Made by a program: the position numbers and the translations under genes
The notes under the pieces: model-generated
Database searches by the model: none
Told to the model about the DNA's origin: nothing
The model's input: the letters and a program-made list of their open reading frames with translations, nothing else
From: Octopus vulgaris
Taxonomy: Eukaryota
Assembly: GCA_951406725.2 (NCBI GenBank)
Contig: OX597839.1
Location: 5,084,001-5,148,000, forward strand
Direction of reading: 5' to 3'
DNA length: 64,000 bases
Shown: positions 1 to 13,978 of the stretch, in pieces
How positions within the stretch are numbered: the first letter of the stretch is position 1
Layout: every line of letters begins with the position of its first letter

Positions 1-550
1 CAGGAACGACCACGTGCGCACCAAAAATCATATGTTTCTAGGAGTAATTCCAGGGAGTGAGCTGCGGAAAATAATATTAAATTTAAAATATTGAGGAAGT
101 GCACACTTTGTTTTAATAGTAACACAGAAATTTCAGGTTATGCTTAGAGAAGAAAATAATATTTCAAAATTATTCTAATCATTTGGATATCTACCTAAAG
201 TGTAGGAGCGAGTCTTTTACACGTATACACACGAGAGAAGATATATGTTGCCTTTCTTACAAGAATCACCATAACTATAATCAATATGTCATCCAATAGG
301 GGTACCACCACAATCACATGCTGAAAATCCAGCAAGATCAATAGAAATTTACTTTCATTCGAAGAAAGAAAAATTGTTAGCAACTCTCAAAATACAGATG
401 AAATTCAGAAAGGAATACTCTGAGAAGATATTTCTAAAATGTTCCAGAAATAGAACCCGAGGATACTTTCAGTAATATTTTCATAAGCGCAAATTCTGTA
501 GTTGAATTTATGGCGAATTTTGTCATCATTGATGTCGTTGTTGTTCCAGT

Positions 551-933
551 GGAGGCGCAATGGCCCAGTGGTTAGGGCAGCGGACTCGCGGTCGTAGGAT
601 CGCGGTTTCGATTCCCAGACCGGGCGTTGTGAGTGTTTATTCAGCGAAAACACTTAAAGCTCCACGAGGCTCCGGCAGGGTGTGGTGGTGATCCCTGCTG
701 TACTCTTTCACCACAACTTTCTCTCACTCTTACTTCCTGTTTCTGTTGTACCTGTATTTCAAAGGGGCGGCCTTGTCACTCTCTGTGTCACGCTGAATAT
801 CCCCGAGAACTGCGTTAAGGGTACACGTGTCTATGGAGTGCTCAGCCACTTACACGTTAATTTCACGAGCAGGCTGTTCCGTTGATTCGGATCAACCGGA
901 ACCCTCGTCGTCGTAACCGACAGAGTGCTTCCA
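551..933 (+). mobile_element. tRNA-derived SINE, family A (full length)
   Basis: Pol III A-box-like TGGCCCAGTGG and B-box-like GGTTTCGATTCC; near-identical copy at 59836-60216; flanking duplication TTGTTGTTCC at 538-547 and 934-943. Confidence 0.85.
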
Positions 934-1207
934 TTGTTGTTCCTGCTGTTGTTCCTTCTATTCACGCCTTGTTTGGTGCTCATCATTTTTTGTTGCTTCT
1001 TACCGTCTCTAATTCATATGTTTGTGGTCAAATATATTCTATTCCGAAATATTTTTAATGTTTGTGTATGTTATTGTCATTGTTACTATAATCATATTCG
1101 CTTTATATTTATATATTTTTGTTTTGCATTTCTTGTTGTTATTGAACGCTGATGTTTTAGTTGAAGTTTCTGAATCTAATATGTCTCTTTAGTAAATTCA
1201 TGTTATG

Positions 1208-1255
<48 letters not shown>

Positions 1256-1458
1256 AAATATATATATATATATATATGTATGTATATATATATATATATA
1301 TATATACATACACATATACATACATGCATACAAGCACGCACGCACACATACACAAGCACAGACATACATATACATGTAGTTAGGTAGATTGATATATATT
1401 GATAGAGAGAGAGAGAGTGAGAGACATATGCATACATGCATATATATACAAACATACA

Positions 1459-1524
<66 letters not shown>

Positions 1525-2326
1525 TACATACATTTCTTATGTTTTATATTTTATATTTCCTATTTTGAATTTTCTTTAATTTTTCTTCTGAACGTTTGTC
1601 CTCCAGTTTGATGTTGTAGTTGTTAAAGTACTCCTCAACATTGTTCAACAAGTGAGTCTTTTTCGTTTTTGATGGTATTTTTCCACTGCCATAGCTGCAG
1701 CTATTTTCGTTGCTTTGTTTTGCATAATCATTTTCCTAATGTCTGTTGACTTCGCCTTTTTTTTTTATTATTATTTCACATTCGTATTTGTCGAATTTTC
1801 TTATTATTGTTCTTATATTTTGTGGTCGTTTTGTGTTGTAATTGTGGTCATGGCTATACAAGTAATGCCGGTGGTGGTGGTCGTTGTGGGGTTGGAGTTT
1901 TGTGTTATTTCTTGACAAGCTTTTTGGCTTTTTTATGTTATTGTTATTTAGTGTGTTTGTAAATAGATTTGTAAGAATAAATACCAGCAGAGAGACAGAG
2001 ACAGAGAGAGATATGCCAGAACAGAGGGAAGTCTACATAGACATCTTGGAGAAGGGAAAGTGCAGAGAAACTTTCGGATGTGTGTATTTTTTTCTCTTTG
2101 ACTCAATGACTGCGTGTCTTTGCGTGAGTGCATAATATATAATGAAGTAAAAGACGGCAGATAGGTTAAAGAAAAATGTATATGTTTTGTACATATCCTT
2201 GTTAGAACTGACGAAATTAATACACAGACAGAGTGAGGGATGAACAGAGAGAAAGGAGCAGAGAGTGAGCAAGTATATCTGCTCATGTATAGGTTTGCAC
2301 ACGCACACAAGAACAAGACATACCCC

Positions 2327-2395
<69 letters not shown>

Positions 2396-2573
2396 CGTTA
2401 TATAACTAGGGTTCAGTAAAAAAATTTACTTTACCATACACCGAACTTTTAGAAATAGCAGCCCAAAAATTTAGCTATTTCCTCTACTATAAGAAAAGTC
2501 TCCCAGACAATGTATACTCAAAAATAATTCACGTAGGTATAGAGGGAAAAATAACGAAAGATCACTCGTACAT

Positions 2574-2970
<397 letters not shown>

Positions 2971-3006
2971 TACATATATATATATATATACTCATACATA
3001 CACTAC

Positions 3007-3162
3007 CGGTACTCCGTCTGTCACGACATTGCCTTTCATCCTTTCGGGGTTGATAAATTAAGTACCAGTTACGCACTGGGGTCAATGTAATCGACTTAAT
3101 CCGTTTGTCTGTCCTTGTTTGTCTTCTCTGTGTTTGGCCCCTTGTGGGTAGTAGGGAAATAG
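3007..3162 (+). mobile_element. SINE family B, 5'-truncated
   Basis: Core and 3' tail match the family; inverted relative to 2608-2835. Confidence 0.8.
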
Positions 3163-3462
3163 GAATGACGATGGTGTAGGCGTTTGGCGTAGGACTGAAC
3201 GGGGGCAGAATATAGGTGACAGAGAGTTAGAAGAGAGAGAGGGGGGGGCTAAGTTGGAAAACATGTTTGAGGGTTTAGTGGAGAAAGAGAGAGGGAAGAA
3301 GTAGAAAGACTGGTGGATGGGAAATAGGAGGGGTTGGAAATGAAAGAGGGAAGAGTTAAATGTGAAGGAACGGAGAAAGAAAGAAGAGAGAAAGAGAGAG
3401 AGGGAGACGTGGAGGAAGAGAAAGATTTTACGCAAAAAACGTTTAGAGATTAGATGCGCAAG

Positions 3463-3498
<36 letters not shown>

Positions 3499-3792
3499 GG
3501 AAAATATGACAGAGAGAGAATGAAAGAGTGAGAGAGAAAAAGGAAAAAATATGTGTGATAGAGAAAATGGAGTGAAGGATTTAATGAAAAAGAAGTAGAG
3601 GGAGAGAGAGAGAGAGGAGATAGTGTGTGTGTCAGAGAGAGAGGGAGAGGGGAGATAGTGTGTGTGTGTGAATGAGAGAGACAGACGGACAGAGTGAGAG
3701 AGAAAGAAAGGGAAAGAGAAAAATAGAGGAAGCGAAGTAGAAATTTCGTTGAAGAAAAAACAAAAGAAAGAATATCTATGTTTCTGTCATTG

Positions 3793-3827
<35 letters not shown>

Positions 3828-3828
3828 G

Positions 3829-3859
<31 letters not shown>

Positions 3860-4051
3860 GTATCTATCTATCTATCTATCTATCTACCTACCTACCTGTC
3901 TGTCTGTCTGTCTTTCTGTCTATCTATCTATCTATATATATATATATATATATATATACATACATATACATAAGCACCTGTGTGTATGTGTAAAATCACG
4001 TATTTTTAGGTGTACTTCAGTATTGTTTGAATTTATAAGTAGTAATGTATT

Positions 4052-4096
<45 letters not shown>

Positions 4097-4767
4097 GTAT
4101 ACTTGTGTGTGTTTGTGCGTGCCTTTGTTCGTATATGTGTGGCTTTATGCACGTGAAGCAAACAGGATATTTGTAGCTATAAGCATAGATATCTGACCCG
4201 CTACTAAGATAATAAAAACAGGAAAAAATGATTTTATACTGGGGCATTATAAAGGCCACAATTTAAAATTTAGAATTTTGTATACATTTAGTTTTATTAT
4301 ATATCGTAAAAATAATCGTTAAATGCGTTTAGCTGAATTGTGCATCTCTGTCGTTATCATCAAACAAAAAATATATTACGATCATTTATTGATTTTTAAA
4401 AATTTAATAATTGCTTGAAATTTATTTTACGAGGACATGTAAAGACTACTGTTGATTCTATATTCTACTAAACTTAATTCTGTAGGTGACTTTCAGGGTT
4501 AAGAGAACTAATGTGAATCAGTGTAGAAATTAAAATCGAGTGCACAAGATATTTTTAGAAGTTCACTAACGAATCACGGTTTGTATATTATAAACACTGC
4601 AGCCATGTTGAAAATTAACGTGATCCAACCTGAAATCGATTTGTAGATGTAACAGGCTGAATAGCTTAACCTTTTCACAAATAATTTTATCACCTACATA
4701 ATTATGCATTTATGCACGTGCCTGTGGGTGTATGTGTGCGTGTATATACATACATACATACACACAC

Positions 4768-4816
<49 letters not shown>

Positions 4817-4830
<14 letters not shown>

Positions 4831-5512
4831 TGAGAATGTGTGTCTGTGTGTTTCCCTAAAACTTGAGAACTACACAACCAATTTCATTCAAATTTTACAC
4901 ATGCCTTACTTAGGGTCCATGTAGTTTCATGGGCAAAAAGAATGTTTAACTTCTTGCCTAGAACGAGCCCATAGCAATATCATATCTTCTCCACTATTTC
5001 AGTATTATGTGTTAAAAGTGAAACAAAACTATTTCTCTATTTTATGTCAGATGCTTTCACTTTAACAATAAAAATAATAATAACAATTGAATTATATGTA
5101 GTAAGTAATAATTAAAATCAAACTAAAGTATAATATAATCGTAACATACAAAAGTAAAAATAGCAATTTGTATAAAATTGCATCAATGATTTGAACTTGA
5201 ATAAGTGGATTCACATGAATGGGAATAAGTTAAAAATATAATTAGCGTGCAGAAATGGAATAGTCCAGATGGATAATAAAAAATTAAATTAAAGAAAAGA
5301 CTATTGTCTATAAAGTAAACAATCTAGAAAAAAAAAGAAGAGCTAACAATGCCAGTCTGTTATATATTTTGAGTATTGTTATCACTAGCGATATCAAGAT
5401 ATAACTTTGTATTGTGCATTTTATGTGTAGTTGTATATATATAGATGTACATGTAATATGTACTCATATATATATACACATATATACGGCAACGACGGGT
5501 CTTTAATGCTAG
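4817..5512 (+). mobile_element. Non-autonomous Helitron-like element
   Basis: 5' TATATAAAACTGAGAATGTGTGTCTGTGTGT; 3' decayed GC-rich hairpin CGGCAACGACGGG (5487-5499) followed by CTAG (5509-5512) then T; no TIR or TSD. Confidence 0.6.
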
Positions 5513-5757
5513 TATATATATATAAGAAATTCACTCGTGAATTTCATCACACACAACATGGACAAAATTTCTTCTTAAGAAAAATATATATTCAAATAAG
5601 TAAAACATAATATCATGAATAGCGATAGCGAAACCGGTCGAAATATTAAAAATTATATTAAAACTATGTAAGTGAGCGTATTTTCCTTTTTTAATTTCTT
5701 ATATAGATTACAACTCACCACGTGGGGATAATCGAAATTCCTCTTTTCTGTTACTAC

Positions 5758-5805
<48 letters not shown>

Positions 5806-6045
5806 CGCGGAGTAGACGAAACAGGGACAACTGTAGAAGGGGAATATTCCTTGTGTTGCATGTCTTGTACTCTGTTTTTTCGTTGTTTGAAAAAAAGTTC
5901 GTTTCCATGCTTTTTTTATGTTTTCGTTTCTCATGGTGTTCAACGTTTTTTTTTATATCCTTTACCCATATATGCATCTATATATACATATAGATGTTGG
6001 TATGCACATATATGTGTATATATATGCATATATTTATATATTATT

Positions 6046-6082
<37 letters not shown>

Positions 6083-6086
<4 letters not shown>

Positions 6087-6566
6087 TAAATTAGAGATAA
6101 AACCACTATTAGGCAAATCAAACAATGAAAATCTTAAGCCAATACATAAAATTAATTAATTTATATTATTTTAAATATATATCAAAATTATTAAACGTTT
6201 AATAAAAGATAATGAGTAAAACACTACGATCATTTCATGGCTGTCCAATTCGTAATAATTCGAGTTATGGTTACTGAAGATTGACTGTAACCATAACTCG
6301 AATTATTACGAATTGGACCGCCATGAAACGATCGTAGTGTTTTACTCATTATCTTTTATTAAACTTTTAATAATTTTGATATATATTTAAAATAATATAA
6401 ATTAATTAATTTTATGTATTGGCTTAAGATTTTCATTGTTTGATTTGCCTAATAGTGGTTTTATCTCTAATTTAATATGATATAATATTTTACTATAAAA
6501 TTGGATTCAATCCTAAATCTGAATTTTCCCTGTAAGTTTGGATTTATTCCCTAATATTTTATTATA
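6083..6566. mobile_element. Fold-back element (192-bp arms, 12-nt loop, one-sided tail) with a degenerate HHR
   Basis: 6083-6274 is the reverse complement of 6287-6478; CTGAAGA at 6274-6280 and GAAACGATCGTA at 6325-6336; tail motif TTTGGATTT..TTCCCT recurs near 13845 and (reverse) near 25045; (TA)n on both sides. Confidence 0.75.
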
Positions 6567-6887
6567 TATATATATATATATATATAATATCTTGGAGCTT
6601 TGACATTTCACTGTTGTGGTAGTTTATTTTTATAATGACATTGTAGAATAGTTGTGAAGGTCCAGATCTGCCCACTTTGAACATGTAGCAAATATAATAT
6701 TTTAGCTAGTTTTGGCCGATTTAAATGTTAAAGGGTTCGGAAAAACATGAAAAATATGGATGATTGTAAGATTTGACCGGAAACCTTGCGCAATGCAATT
6801 GTTTTCTATAAGAATGTAAGTCCACAGAAACTACAGACATACACGAGGGGAAAAGATTAAAAAGGCAGATACACAGACACTTATTTG

Positions 6888-7148
<261 letters not shown>

Positions 7149-7247
7149 TATATTACTCATATGTAATGGTGTATTAAAGTATGGATTGAGTATCATCGGA
7201 TAGTTGATGTTTTACTGATTTAAGTATGTTTCTCCATTCTCTAATTT

Positions 7248-7280
<33 letters not shown>

Positions 7281-7320
7281 CCGGCTTCCACATAGTTCCT
7301 TTCTGTATATATATATATAT

Positions 7321-7669
7321 TTCATCAAAAACAATTAAGATTAAAAATAATTCAAATGAATTCAAATGAATATGGTACTTAACTTAGATGCATCAAGATT
7401 CTCTATGGTATTAACCATAAAATTATCTGGGGTGATTATAACCATGGAAAAAGCAACAAGAATGGATCGGTAGATTAGTACCATTGTTTCATACTAAAAA
7501 CATTTAACTTAATATTACAGCAAATAAGAATATATAGAAAACCTATATGTGATTTAGCTGATGAATACTTGACATTATATTTGCTGTAATATTTGCAGCT
7601 TGAAATTAAATGTTTTTAGTATGAAACAATTGTACTAATCTACCGATCCATTCTTTTGCTTTTTTCTTA

Positions 7670-7673
<4 letters not shown>
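7321..7673. mobile_element. Fold-back HHR element, family H1
   Basis: About 7449-7527 is inverted to about 7578-7665; the tail 7350-7445 is the reverse complement of tails at 21135-21222 and 32672-32762; (TA)n-flanked. Confidence 0.75.
7551..7640 (+). ncRNA. Type I hammerhead ribozyme, canonical core, short palindromic stem III
   Basis: TTAG-CTGATGA-ATACT-(48 nt)-AGTAT-GAAAC-AATT-GTA-CTAA; stem I TTAG/CTAA, stem II ATACT/AGTAT; predicted cleavage after 7634. Confidence 0.75.
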
Positions 7674-7717
<44 letters not shown>

Positions 7718-7729
7718 CATTCTTTTAAA

Positions 7730-7860
7730 TGTTTACTTGTTTCAGTCATTTGACTGCAGCCATGCTGGAGCACTGCCTTAAATGGATTTAGTCAAAGAAA
7801 TCTACCGCAGGAATTTATTCTTTGTAAGCCTACTACTTATTCTATGGGTCTCTTTTGCCG
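7730..7860 (-). mobile_element. SINE family C, 3' end
   Basis: TACTTGTTTCAGTCATTTGACTGC.GCCATGCTGGAGCAC is the reverse complement of about 58638-58678. Confidence 0.75.
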
Positions 7861-7981
7861 AGATCAAATATAGGAAAAATTATGATAAATGCAATGTACT
7901 GCTTTTATTAGTTCTTTCTCTACGTACGTGTCGATATTGTAATAATTTCTAACTTTTGCTGTAGATGTTTGTTTGTTTGTT

Positions 7982-8283
7982 GAGCGAAGCGGTCTTCGTG
8001 GGAGAAGTCCAAAACGTGGTCCTTTGCTATTCGTAAGACCAGCAGAAGAGAAAGCAGGTCAACCCCCCGACACCGAGAGCATCGACGGATGGATGAATGT
8101 GCATCCAGGCTCAGCGATTGTGTAGGAAGTCGGGGGACAAGAAACAGGAAGAAAGAGTGAGAGAAAGTTGGAGCGAAAGAGTACAACAGGGGTCGCCACC
8201 ACCCCCTGTTGGAGTCACGTGGAGCTTTAGGTGTTTTGGCTCAAGAAACACACACAACGCCCTGGTCTGGGAATCGAAACCGC
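7982..8283 (-). mobile_element. SINE family A2 (family A head, alternative 3' half), 5'-truncated
   Basis: Collinear with 60246-60525. Confidence 0.8.
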
Positions 8284-8343
8284 CTTTCTCTATCTATCTG
8301 TCTGTCTGTCTCTTTCTCCCTCTCTTTCTCTTACCCCCTCTTG

Positions 8344-8406
<63 letters not shown>

Positions 8407-8547
8407 AAGTGAGAGAGCGGGGAGAAATAGAGAGAAACACCTATCCATCTTTCTATCTGTGTTACAAACACACACACATATACATATCTGTCACCTCTCT
8501 CTCTCTCTCTCTACGTGTATGCATGCGTGTATGTGCATGTATGTGTA

Positions 8548-8597
<50 letters not shown>

Positions 8598-9202
8598 TGA
8601 CTGCCTACCTATTTGTCTGTCAGCTTATCTTTCTGTCTGCTTATCTATCTGCAGCATTTTAATGCTTTCTTTTCTTCCTGATCTATATCATTCCCCTTAT
8701 TTGATATTCCCACATCCCTCCTCCCTCACTGCTTCTCTCTTAACTGCTTTATTTTCCTTTTCTTTTGCATACTTCGTTGTTACATCACTTCTCCTCCCAC
8801 CACTTCCTATACTTTATTACCACTATTTTTTCCCTTATCTTCTTCCAACCTTCTCTTTCCAAATCGTTCCTCATTTTATCACGCCTTTCTTACCCGAACT
8901 TTTTCTTTCGCTTTCTCATCTTCCCTATTTTTAATTTTTTTCCTTTTTCTACACTTTATTCTCTTCGCTATTTCTTTCATTTCCCCATCCGTAATCCTTC
9001 GTTCTTTCATCACGTAGTATATGCACATCACTCCAGTCTCTCTCGATCTCTTCGTATCTGTCTGTTTGTCTGTCTCTCTTTGCCCTTCTTCCACGCTCTT
9101 TCTTCGTGGTGCTCCCTTTCTGGTTATCATTTACATCTCTCTCTCTCACTTTCTTACAACTTCGCCTCCTTACTTTTCTTATTTACTCTTCATTTGTCCT
9201 TT

Positions 9203-9246
<44 letters not shown>

Positions 9247-9391
9247 TATTTACATTTTCATCTTATTTTTCTTTTACTTCTCTTCTTTCTTGATTTATTC
9301 TGATTTCACTAAAACTTTTTTGATATACGTTCCTTTGTTTCCGGATCCAACATTTATTTTTTTTCCATCTTATCCTCATTTCTGCGAGAAT

Positions 9392-9422
<31 letters not shown>

Positions 9423-9586
9423 CATTATTATTATTATTATTATTATTACCATCATCACTATTACCTCATCATCGTCAACATTCTCCTCATCATCATCCCC
9501 ATCATGATCGTCATCATCATCACCATCACCATCGTCATCATCATGATTATCATCATCAGCATCATATTCATTGCATCACCGTTATC

Positions 9587-9618
<32 letters not shown>

Positions 9619-10160
9619 TATCATCATCATTATTATTATCATCATCATTCTTCTTCTTCTTATTATTATTATTATTATCATCATTATTATTATTATTATT
9701 ATTATCATCATTATTATTATTATTATTATCATCATTATTATTATTATTATCACTATTACCTCATCATTAATATCCTCACCTCCTCCTCATCATCTTCGTC
9801 AACGTCATCATCATCTTCATCATCATCATCATTATCGTCATCTTCTTCTTCGTCGTCGTCGTCGTCGTCGTCATCATCATCACCATCACTGTTATCATCA
9901 TCATCATTATCATCATCATTCTTCCTCTTCTTCTTATTATTATTATTATCATCATTATTATTATTATTATCACTATTACCTCATTATCAATATCCTCTCC
10001 TCCTCCTCCTCATCATCTTCGTCAACGTCATCATCATCTTCATCATCATCATCATCATCATCATCATTATCGTCATCTTCTTCTTCGTCGTCGTCGTCCT
10101 CATCGTCATCATCATCACCATCACCGTTATCATCATCATCATAATCATCATCATGATTAT
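9392..10160. repeat. Compound (ATT)n/(ATC)n/(GTC)n microsatellite with higher-order duplication
   Basis: CACTATTACCTCAT recurs at about 9457, 9751 and 9971, and CATCTTCGTCAACGTCATC occurs twice. Confidence 0.9.
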
Positions 10161-10599
10161 TAAGTTCCTCCACTCCCCCACCCCCCATCGGTTTCATTTT
10201 CTTTTTTTTGTGTCTTTTCATCCTCATTTGCTCATGATGTCATCATAGATGCCTGTGTTGACTTTGAAGTGATCGCATATGTTTGCTGTTGTTTTTGTTG
10301 CTGTTTTTGTTGTTGTTCTGTTACTGCTATCCTTGTTGTTGTTGTTTTTGTTGTTGTTGTTGCTAACGATCATGATGTTTATGTTGCAACCGTCTTTGTT
10401 GTTGATGGTGTTGTTGTTGTTGTTGTCGGCTGTGGTGTATTTGTTGTTGCTCTTCTTATTTACCGTTGTTTTAATTTGTTTATATATTTTATATTAGTTT
10501 GTCTGGTCTTTTTTTTTTTTGAAATGTAACGCTGTCACATCCACAACTCCACCATTATGAAAACAATATGAACAGCAATACCATCATGATCAAACATAA

Positions 10600-11195
10600 C
10601 ACCGCCATCTCTGCTTCTACCATCACCACCATAAGCACCAGTACAACAACCACCACCACCACCACCAGCGACAGCAACAAGACGACGACAACTACCACCA
10701 ATACCACCACAACTACTACAACCACCACCACCACCACCAGCGACATCAACAGGACGACGACAACTACCACCAATACCACCACCACCACTACAACCAGCAC
10801 CGCTAACACCATAACACTATCACTTCTACCACCACTACCACCACCATCACAACATACCAAGCATCACCACCACAAGCACCAGTACAACAACAACCACCAC
10901 CGCTAGCGACAGCAACAAGACGACGACAACTACCACCAATACCACCACCACCACTACAACCACCACTAACACCATCACACTATCACTTCTACCACCATCA
11001 CAACACACCAGCATCACTACCACTACAAAAACAAACACCACCACCAGCGACAGCAACAAGACGAAGACAGCTACCACCAATACCATCACCACTAACACCA
11101 TCACACTATCACTTCTACCATCACAACACACCAGCATCACCACCACCACCACCATCAGTACAACAACAACAACCATCACCATCACCAACAGCGAC
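10600..11195. repeat. (ACC/AAC)-rich minisatellite
   Basis: Unit GCGACAGCAACAAGACGACGACAACTACCACCAATACC is repeated about four times with variants. Confidence 0.85.
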
Positions 11196-12390
11196 ATTTC
11201 TCTTCTAGCGCAGACTTAAACTGCTCAAGCTTCTCGCAGTAGATCTCCTTTGTTATTGTTCGGTTTGGGTTTAAAAGTTGACAGTGGACTAAACGTTTCT
11301 TATCACACTAAACAGATGACAACACCTTTCGTGGGTGAAGACTTCTTTAGCCTGGGTTGCCGGTGATTCTCCTTTCCCTACCCACTGCGTTCAGCGCTTG
11401 ACATATTTATATAGAACCCATTTGTCGTCACCAGTCACTATTTGGTCCAAGAAAGGTTTATTGGTGAGGCGTGACAGCAAAGAAGAGCACATATTCGCTC
11501 TCTGTGCGCGATTAGAGACGGAAAGTTTGTGAGAAACCCATTGATCCATATTTTTGCTGAATTTTCTGATGTCATGCAGGTGTCAATGAATGGTTGAATG
11601 ACCAAATCCAAGCTTCTCTGCTAATTCCTCAATATTTACGACTGGATTTTGTTCCACCAGGGTTTGCAGGACGTTCTCGTTGAGCTCTTCCAGGTCGATG
11701 CTCGTCTTCTAGGCTGTAGTTTCCGGCTCGGAATTTCTGGAATCACCGTTGGCACTTTGCGTTCCCAAAGTCCATCCGCTCCTCACCGTGGTGGGGACGC
11801 TGGCAATGGGTAGTGTCAGAGCTATGCCGTCGGGAACTTCGGTTCCTGGTTGGGCCACCCAAGGCGGATTGGTCTGACACCGAGTAGTATCAGGGCCACA
11901 ACCCGGCAGACAGGGCTCTGGTGAAAATCCTCGGACTGTCTGTTTCGGTAACCGGCGGCTCCTCGGTTGTTCTGTCCCTGCGTCTGCGGACAATCTGCGG
12001 CAAACGGGATGTCTCTACATGCGGGATTGTTGGGGACCGCTTGTGAAATCCACATATTCCCACAAAACTTCTTCCATGGTAGAAGAAGCCGACTCACCCC
12101 TCCCAGGGGGAATGTCGCCACAAGTACAAGTATAAGATGGCACTAGCTTACGCTTATTGTCCGATCCCCATATACTGCATTAATATACGTTGCACTTTAC
12201 GTTGCATTGTTGCCTTTATTGTACTCATAAAGCAAAATATGCCCGAATATGCCCCTTTGCCACTTCTATTATTGCTATGAAAAATCGAACTGCACTGTTA
12301 TAAAAAGTTGATGCTAGTAGTTTATCCCACCCCCTCCGACATTTAGTGCATGCAATTGAAAATACCCCATTATTTCTGGGATGACTCAAT
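11196..12390 (-). mobile_element. Mariner (Tc1/mariner) transposon remnant: 5' TIR plus decayed N-terminal and catalytic transposase
   Basis: Hand translation of the minus strand gives ILLYEYNKGNNAT..INAVYGDRTISVS (about 12145-12245), FQKFRAGNYSLEDEHRPGR, EELAEKLGFGHSTI, WVSHKL (WVPHEL-like) and FLDQIVTGDDKWVLY, with stops and frameshifts. Putative TIR TTGAGTCATCCCAGAAATAATG abuts TA at about 12390. Confidence 0.9.
11757..12137 (+). mobile_element. 381-bp GC-rich retroposed insert inside the mariner
   Basis: 7-bp TSD TGGCACT at 11750-11756 and 12138-12144; the mariner frame rejoins across it; 3' short-repeat tail CAAGTACAAGTATAAG. Confidence 0.75.
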
Positions 12391-12428
12391 ATATATACAC
12401 GATGGGATAATTTCAGTTTCTATCTACC

Positions 12429-12912
12429 AGGCTTAACTGTGTGAGAAGAAGCTTGCTTCCCAACTACTTGGCTCCGGGTTCAGTCCTACTGGTGGGACCT
12501 TGAGCAAGTGTATTTTACTCTAGTCTCCTGCCAACCAGATCCTTCAGTGGATTTGGTAGAGGGAAACTGAAAGAAGCCTGTAGTATATATTGAAAATTTT
12601 TGTATTAATGGAAAACCTCTATAATTGGCTCATGAGTACTCAACATATTAAATCTGTTGTAATACTTACAACATTTAATAAAATGATGTAGTACGAAACG
12701 ATCGTACCAAATTACCGGAATCATTCTTGTTGCTTATTTTGATATATATATATATATATAAATATGTATGTGTGTGTGGGGGTGGGGATTGGTGTGTCTT
12801 TGCATTTTTGTTTCTCCCCCACCACCGCTTGACACTCCAATGTAGGAGTGTTTGCAACATCGTAACTTAGCGGTTCGAGAGAAGAGACTAGTAGAATAAG
12901 TACGTGGGTTAA
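12429..12912 (+). mobile_element. SINE family C, split at its internal (TA)n by an H1 element
   Basis: 5' half at 12429-12590 and 3' half at about 12786-12912 (CGTAACTTAGCGGTTCG..AGAATAAGTAC). Confidence 0.75.
12625..12710 (+). ncRNA. Hammerhead ribozyme, family H1, with core mutation G5C (probably inactive)
   Basis: TTGG-CTCATGA-GTACT-(49 nt)-AGTAC-GAAAC-GATC-GTA-CCAA; all stems pair. Confidence 0.7.
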
Positions 12913-13466
12913 ACACCGAGACCGACATCGGAACCGTAACCTGCAAGGCGACCTTTAGAAGTCTAACGGCAACATCACAACAACCAACGCCTTTATTGTC
13001 ATCACAAAGGCACCACCACCACCACCACCATCACCATCACAACCACCTACACCTTCACCGCCAGAACAAACCACCACAGCCAACACCACCATTACAACCA
13101 ATACCACCACGAACAATAACACCGCCACCACTATCGTCAACGTCACCACCATCACCACCAATACTACCACAAAAGCACCACCAACACAACTACAACCACC
13201 ACACCACTAATCCCACCACCGCTAACCCCACCACAACTACCCCTCCCACCACAACTACCCCTTCCACCACAACTATCCCTCCCACCACTGCCACTATTAT
13301 TTTGATACAACATTCCACATTAATTAGACATATAAAACCATTAACTTCATTCTTTTACTTTTAATTAGTTCCTTCCTTTCATCATTCATCCTTAAATTCT
13401 TTCATTTTTCCTTATTATCTCACTCTTTTATTCTACACTAAAATTTCTATCTATCTGCTCTTTCTC

Positions 13467-13520
<54 letters not shown>

Positions 13521-13702
13521 TGCATACAAACATACATACATACGACAACAATATTCTGAATCACATTCTTTCCATATAAACAGACGAATTCTGTAAGAAC
13601 AGTTACAAAAGACGCAATATTCGACATAGCTCCATATAACATACACATTTGAAAATCAAATGTGAAACCGGTTATGGATGTGTGTGTGTGTTTCTGTGCA
13701 TG

Positions 13703-13764
<62 letters not shown>

Positions 13765-13863
13765 GAAGAAAAAAACACATTTTATCAATTCAAAATGAAC
13801 AATTAAATTATACCATCTAGAAAATTACATATAATAGAAATTTGTTTGGATTTTATTCCCTCA

Positions 13864-13899
<36 letters not shown>

Positions 13900-13900
13900 T

Positions 13901-13978
<78 letters not shown>

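Noticed and set aside
551-625. Possible tRNA gene
   Set aside because: It is the tRNA-like head of a multi-copy SINE with a TSD.
5620-5645. GAAACCGGTC half-hammerhead
   Set aside because: No upstream core or stem II partner found.
8765-10248. 459-aa and 225-aa ORFs
   Set aside because: Translations of stop-free trinucleotide repeats; no domain content.
10600-11195. CRISPR-like repeat-spacer pattern
   Set aside because: Eukaryotic low-complexity minisatellite with non-unique spacers and no cas genes.
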